64,000 nt of DNA, from NCBI GenBank assembly GCA_025558095.1, contig JAIVFI010000029.1, forward strand, positions 496,001 through 560,000, given 5' to 3'. Below, in pieces: positions 58,572-64,000 of this stretch; positions within the stretch are counted from its first letter, which is position 1; each line of letters opens with the position of its first letter. Made by a program: the position numbers and the translations under genes. The stretch is from Hyaloraphidium curvatum SAG 235-1. Its lineage: Eukaryota > Fungi > Monoblepharomycota. The notes beneath the pieces were generated by a model, which had not been told where the DNA came from, did not search any database, and saw nothing but the letters and a program-made list of their open reading frames with translations.

Positions 58572-61514
58572 ATGGACGTCAGCGCCGAGCCGTACGACGA
58601 CGACGAACCGTACCGCGATGACCTCTTCCCGGACCGCGGGCGGGAAATGGCGCGCCGCGCGCTCTCTGCGGCCGGCCCGACGCGGCTGGCGTACGCGCGG
58701 CGCCCCGGCGGCGAGCGCACGCGGACCTTCGGGGACGACCGCCTCGGCCCCGACGGCGCCGCGCAGCTGGCCGCGGGGCTGGGGCCGCAGCACGCCGCCA
58801 TCGCGGAGCTGGATCTGTCGCACAACGGCGTCGGGCCCGCCGGGATTGCGGCCCTCGCGCCGGCGCTCGCGCGGCTGCCGCTGCGGACCCTGGACATCCG
58901 CGGAAACGCGCTCGGCGGCGGCGGCGTGCGCGTGCTGGCGTCGGCGCTGGCGGGGAAGGCGTCCCTGGAGGTGCTCAGGCTCGGCGAGAACGCCGTCCGC
59001 GACGGGCGCGCCCTCGCGGCCGTGGCCGAGCTCGCCTGCTCGCTGCCGTCGCTGCGGACATTGGACCTGGATCGGCTCGCTCAGGACGGCGGCGAGGCGG
59101 ACTCCGAAACATTCGCGGGGAAAGATCAGGACGAGGCGGTGTCTGCGCTTTCGGCGATGCTCGCCGTGCACCCGACGCTCGAAGAGCTCGGGCTGCTGGG
59201 CTTCCCAGCTGCGCACACGGCAACAAACGTGGAGCTCCAATTGAACGGGAACTTTCCGGCCGACGCGACGCCGCGCGATCTGCTGGGCCTCCGCCTCGAG
59301 GCACCATCGATGGAGCCTTTCGCGGACGCCATTGTGCGGGCGACGAGCTTGCGGACTCTGCGCCTCGGCGGACAGGGCGCGCTGCCGGGCGGCCAGCTGG
59401 CGGCCGCCTTGGCGCGCGCAGGGCGGCTCAAGGTGCTCGTCCTGGAGGGCCGCGCGACCCTCGCCGAGTTCGAGGCTGTGTGCAGCGCCCTGGCATCGAG
59501 CGACACCCTGGAAGACGTGTCCCTGCAGCCCACGTTCCCCCGCGGAAGGAGCGATCCCAACATCAACGTGCGCGAGGCCGCGCTGCTGATCGTCGGCCGG
59601 ACTTTGCTCACCTGCGCGTCGCTGCGGCGCCTCACGGTGGAGGACGAGCCGTACAGCAGCATCGAGTTCGATCTGAAGCATTCTGACGAGGCCAACCGGG
59701 GCGTTGCGGCCCTCGCGGAAGCCCTCGCCAATGAGTCCCCACTGGAGGAGCTGACGCTGCTCAACTTCTGCGTCAACGATGCCGGCCTCCGCCTCCTTGC
59801 ATCGGCACTGCAGAGCAACGAAACCCTGAAGGTGCTCACCCTGGATCCGAGCGCGGGCGGCGACGACTCTAACGACGGCGGGGCAGCGGCCATGGCCGCC
59901 GCGCTGGCCGGCGCGAACCGCAGCCCCCGGTTCCGACCCCCGCTTCCCCTGGAAGTCCTGCGGCTCGGCCACCACCGGATCGGCCCCAAGGGTGCGGACG
60001 CGCTGGCCGACGCGCTGCCGCGGACCACATCCCTGAGGGAGCTCGACCTGTCCAACAACAGGATCCGCTCCCGGGGCGCCGTCCGCCTGGCGCAGGGCCT
60101 GAAGCGCAACGGCAGCCTGAGGAGGCTCCGCCTGGGGGACAACCAGATCGGATCCCTCGGCGCCGCGGCGCTGGGTTCCTGCCTCGCGGCGAACCACACC
60201 CTGGAGGAGCTCGGCCTCGCGGGCAACCCGATCGGTGCGGACGGGGCGGAGGAGCTCGCGGCGGGGTTGGCTAAGAACAGGGGCCTGGTGACGCTGGATC
60301 TGTCCGGGTGCCAGCTTGGGGAGGAGGGGAGGCGCGCCCTGGGCGAAGCGGTCGCGGTGAACGACACCCTCCGGAACCTCGTGGCGGAGTTTTCCTTTTT
60401 CGGGGACGACTTTTCGGATGCCCTGTCAAAACCCGAAAGGGCAGCCAACGCCCAGCAGATGAGGCGGACCCTCGAAGCCCGCGACCAGCCTCCGCAGGGC
60501 CTCGCCTGCCGCTCCGGAAATGGCTCCGGGTTGCCGACCTGGACGTGGACAGGACGGCCACCCTGGGCTCCGGCGGCTTCGGCAAGGTGTTCCGGGGGCG
60601 CTACCTGGACCTCGACGTGGCGGTGAAGGAGCCGCTCCTGCGGGGCGACGAGGAGGCCGAGGCGGTCCTGGAGGCGGAGATCGCGGCGTCGATGGACGTG
60701 CCCCTGCACCCCAACGTCGCCGAAATCCTGGGATACCACATCCGGCCGACCTTCCTCGTCACCCGCCTCTACAACGGGGACCTGGCCGGCTTCCTCAGGG
60801 ACCGCGGCTGGAACCGTGCCCTGGCGCTGCGCCTCCTCGGCGATGCCGCCCAGGGCGTCCGCGCGCTGCACGCCGCCGGCATCGTGCACGCGGATCTCAA
60901 GCCGGGGAACGTGCTGGTCGACCTGGCGCCGGGGGATCCCGACGGCCGCGCGGTGGCCAAGATCGCGGACTTCGGGCTCGCCAGGTCGCGGACCCGGGTC
61001 CGAGGGGCCCAGGGCACCGCGTACGAGTACGTCGGGTTCGGGGGGTTCTCGCTGCGGTACGCATCGCCGGAGCAGCTGCTGGGGGATGGCATCGGACGCG
61101 CGTCCGACGTCTGGTCGTTCGGAATGCTCTGCTACGCCATCCTCTCCGAGGGCACGGAGCCGTACGCGGGCCTGAGCCGCGGCGCCGTACGTCTACGCCC
61201 GCGGTGTTACCGCCGGACGCCGCTCACAGCCGCCCCAGGTCATGTTCCACGCCGAGCAGGGCACCCTCCCCAATCCATTGCTCCGCTCCGACGACTGGGA
61301 GCTGGTCCGGTGGATCTGCAGGAAGGAAAAGCCGGAGCGGCCTTCCGCCGCCGACGTCGCCGCGCGGCTGCGGACCATGTCGGCTGCTGCGGCGGAGGAC
61401 GTGCGCGCCGCGGACGCGGCGCCGTCCGGGGAAGCTTTGGCAACGGTCGAACTGGAGCCGACCTTTTCTGCTTCGGTAAATGCGCCGTTGTATGTTACGA
61501 GATCTGTAGGATGA
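58572..61514 (+). CDS. RNI-like leucine-rich repeat protein fused to a tyrosine-kinase-like (TKL) kinase
   Basis: 28-aa RI-type LRRs ('LRELDLSNNRIRSRGAVRLAQGLKRNGSL'). Kinase 'LGSGGFGKV..VAVK', 'HADLKPGN', 'DFGLA', 'ASPE', 'SDVWSFG'. The LRR-kinase junction at ~60425-60500 needs a weak intron or a frameshift. Last intron 61187-61238. Confidence 0.75.
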
Positions 61515-61549
61515 ACAACAGCTGACCCACCGGCAACACCTGGCCTGTG

Positions 61550-61762
61550 AGAAGACGATCGGATCCATTTAGCTTAGCGCCGAAGCTTCCGCGGACGACG
61601 ACGCGGATATGCGCCGAAGGCCCCTCCGCCGCGGCAGCCGCCATGCTCCGCAGCCGCGCGGCGATCTCCTCGACGGAAGGCCGCTCGAGCTTGTCCTTCA
61701 CCCAGATCCACCGGATCTGCTCCCGGTCCTCCCAGCGCAGCAGTGGGTTTGGGAGGGGTGCT
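61550..61762 (-). pseudogene. Orphan fragment of a TKL kinase last exon
   Basis: 'LPNPLLRWEDREQIRWIWVKDKLERPSVEEIAARLRSM' is closely similar at nucleotide level to 63730-63940. No upstream kinase exons. Confidence 0.75.
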
Positions 61763-62044
61763 CCGGATTCCTGGTCTCGGCGCCCTAGGGTGCCGGCCGC
61801 GGGCGGCGCGCGGCGCATTCCCCCCCGCGACCGATTCGGTGCTGTCGGAAGCATCCTGCTCGACCTGCCTTGCATGGCTTGCGGCAACCCATGCGCATCG
61901 TTCGGGGATGATGTCACGCGCGAGTGAGTCGACGGTCGGACTTTGTTCCCAACCCCAGGGACCAGGCCGTCCCCATCCCGGCCTTCGTTGGCGGGTCATC
62001 AGACACAACACCGCACTCTGCAAATCCGCGACACCCGCGACCGA

Positions 62045-63365
62045 ATGAAAAAGCTCCTGATCGCGCTGCTCGCCTGCGCCCTCGCGGCCGCCGTGGCAAG
62101 GTGGGCGAACGCGCGGAGGAGGCGGACCCTGCGCGGCCTTCCTGACCGCCCCCCGGCCGACAGCGCCCCGGCCGCCGCCGCTCCCACCGCATCGAACGAG
62201 CGGGCCCTCTTCCGCCGCAGCTGCGCCGATTGCGACCCCTCGGCCTACTGGTCCGTCCGTCCCCGGCCCCCGCGACCGCGCTGACCCCGCCCCCGCAGCG
62301 AGTTCGCCCACCCCGGCGCACCCCCCGACCACGTCGCCTGCGTCTCGCAAGGCACTGACGACGGGCACGCACTGTACCGCCGCTACGTCTCCCCCCGGAC
62401 CTTCTTCTGGTCCATCGGCGGCTCCCCCGACGACTACGCGGCTCTGACCGCCGTCCGCTACATCGAGCCCGCCGCAGCCAGTCCCGTCTGGACCGACGCC
62501 CCCGCACTCTCCGTCGGCAGAGGCAGTAACGGCGCAGGGATGTACTCTGGCATGGCCAACGCGCTGGGCTCCAAGATCTACGTCTATGGGGGCACCGACT
62601 CCGTGGTCTGGTTCTCCGCCGTCATGGTGAGCCTGGACGCAAGCAACCTCGCCGCCGGGTGGACCAGTGTCGCCCTGCCATCCGTTACGCGAAATCTGCG
62701 GTACAACGGCGTCACCGCGGAGCTCGGCGGGGTGTTCTACTACATCGCGGGCTTCAACGCCAACTCGGGCAACGCTTTCGTGACGACGACCGAGTCCTAC
62801 GAGCCGGGCACAAACACCTGGACCTCCAGCGTGGCCGGCGCGACGCTCCCGAGCGGGGTCGGCGACACCACCAAGAGCAACCGCGGCTGCGCCGTCTCGG
62901 CCGCGGGGTCCCTGTGGTATATGCGCAACGGCCATCTCCTCCGCTGGACCCCCGGCGACGCCGCATGGACCTCCATCCCCACCCCCCCCCCCCCTGGAAA
63001 TCCTCCGGCAACCCGTCGTGCGCCGCGCTGGACGGCAGGATCGTGCAGATGGCCGGCACCGCCGCCGCGGCCTACGACCCCGCCTCCGGACCCTTCTCCT
63101 CCCTCGCCGCGTCCGCGGGCGCGCACAACTACCCCGTCGCGGCAGGTTGCGTGGGTTTGCTTGTCGCCCCGGCCGTTTCGGCCAACCCGGTGCTGGTCGA
63201 TGCGTGCCCCGGGGGGGGCGTGGGGGGCGCTGCCGAGCTTGGCGGTCAACACCAAGGCGCAGTTCATGACGACGGTCTGCTCCGGGACCGTGCCGGCTTG
63301 ACGCTTGCGAGCCGACCAGTGGGTGTATATATTGGGGGAACGAGGTGTTGGAAAGGAACCTGTTT
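62045..63365 (+). CDS. Secreted protein: shared N-terminal header plus Kelch-like beta-propeller (3' end uncertain)
   Basis: Exons 62045-62100, 62164-62250, 62299 onward. Signal peptide MKKLLIALLACALAAAVA. Kelch motifs 'SKIYVYGG', 'FYYIAGF...ESYEPGTNTW'. Frame change in the C-run at ~62982-62995. Confidence 0.7.
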
Positions 63366-63686
63366 CGCGCGCGCCCGTGTAGTCCCGACGGGAAATGCAA
63401 GTCGGCCCAACTGCATCCGATTTCACGGCTTCAGCGACGGCAAGCCGACCCCGTCGCCGTCCCTCGTCTGGGGAGATCGACACGATGTGCGTGCCTCATT
63501 GGGCGCTGCCTCACAGCTGGCTACCCCAGTGCATGCCGCACGGCAGTAACGGGCGATCGAGGGTTGCATGGCGTCGAGAGGCCCCATGCGGTTTCCCGAG
63601 AACCGACCGCGGTGCCCGGAACGGACGAAGCAGGAGGACGCCGAGTTGTTCGTCGCTTGGTCGTCGCCGGTGACGCGAGCGTCTAT

Positions 63687-63959
63687 TCATCCTACGGATC
63701 TCGTGACGTCCGGCACGCTTGCCGCGACGGAAACGGTCCGGTCCATTTCGTTCAACGCCGGAGCTTCCGTGGACGACGCCGCGGATCCGGCGGGGGATTC
63801 CTCCGCCGCTGCAGCCGCCATGCTCCGCAGCCGCGCGGCGATCTCCTCGACGGAAGGCCGCTCGAGCTTGTCCTTCGCGCAGATCCACCGGATCAGCTCC
63901 CAGTCGTCCCATCGGAGCAATGGGTTGGGGAGGGTGCCCTGCTCGATGTGGAACATGAT
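63687..63959 (-). CDS. Last exon of a second TKL kinase paralog (gene continues beyond the window)
   Basis: 'MFHIEQGTLPNPLLRWDDWELIRWICAKDKLERPS...VTRSVG*' matches exon 61239-61514, preceded by a CAG acceptor at the same position. Confidence 0.8.
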   Translation of the reverse strand: MMFHIEQGTLPNPLLRWDDWELIRWICAKDKLERPSVEEIAARLRSMAAAAAEESPAGSAASSTEAPALNEMDRTVSVAASVPDVTRSVG

Positions 63960-64000
63960 CTGGGGCGGAGGTGAGCGGCACTCAGGATGCAGGCCAGGGA

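Noticed and set aside
1-64000. CRISPR arrays, tRNA/rRNA genes, transposases, prokaryotic operons
   Set aside because: None recognised by eye, and the gene structure is spliceosomal-eukaryotic throughout. A covariance-model scan was not possible.

Overview
High-GC eukaryotic DNA, gene-dense, with many short (about 45-75 nt) GT..AG introns that have CTGAC/CTAAC-like branch sites. Fungal marker families (DUF1769, HAM1-like) suggest an early-diverging, chytrid/Monoblepharidomycete-like fungus (inference). About 30 genes or gene relics were reconstructed by hand. Housekeeping genes: ETF-QO, LTA4H-type M1 peptidase, ZnT9-like CDF transporter, bestrophin, WS/DGAT. Secreted proteins and bacterial-looking enzymes: a tandem pair of class-I glutamine-amidotransferase-fold genes, an APH-like kinase, a FkbM methyltransferase and a YdhR relic. 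Fast-evolving families: three damaged F-box/LRR paralogs and an LRR-TKL kinase cluster. Best novelty candidates: (1) an HRI-like eIF2-alpha kinase with a FixL-type heme-PAS domain that keeps the proximal His and distal Arg at FixL spacing, a possible O2/gas-sensing translational switch; (2) two secreted proteins with the same intron-matched N-terminal header but unrelated payloads (Kelch vs PAN/apple-like); (3) a 7-TM protein with gustatory-receptor-like (7TMIC) layout. Several frameshifts fall in homopolymer runs, so some disruptions may be assembly errors. No tRNA, rRNA, CRISPR array or transposase was recognised. All family calls come from motif recognition, not database searches.
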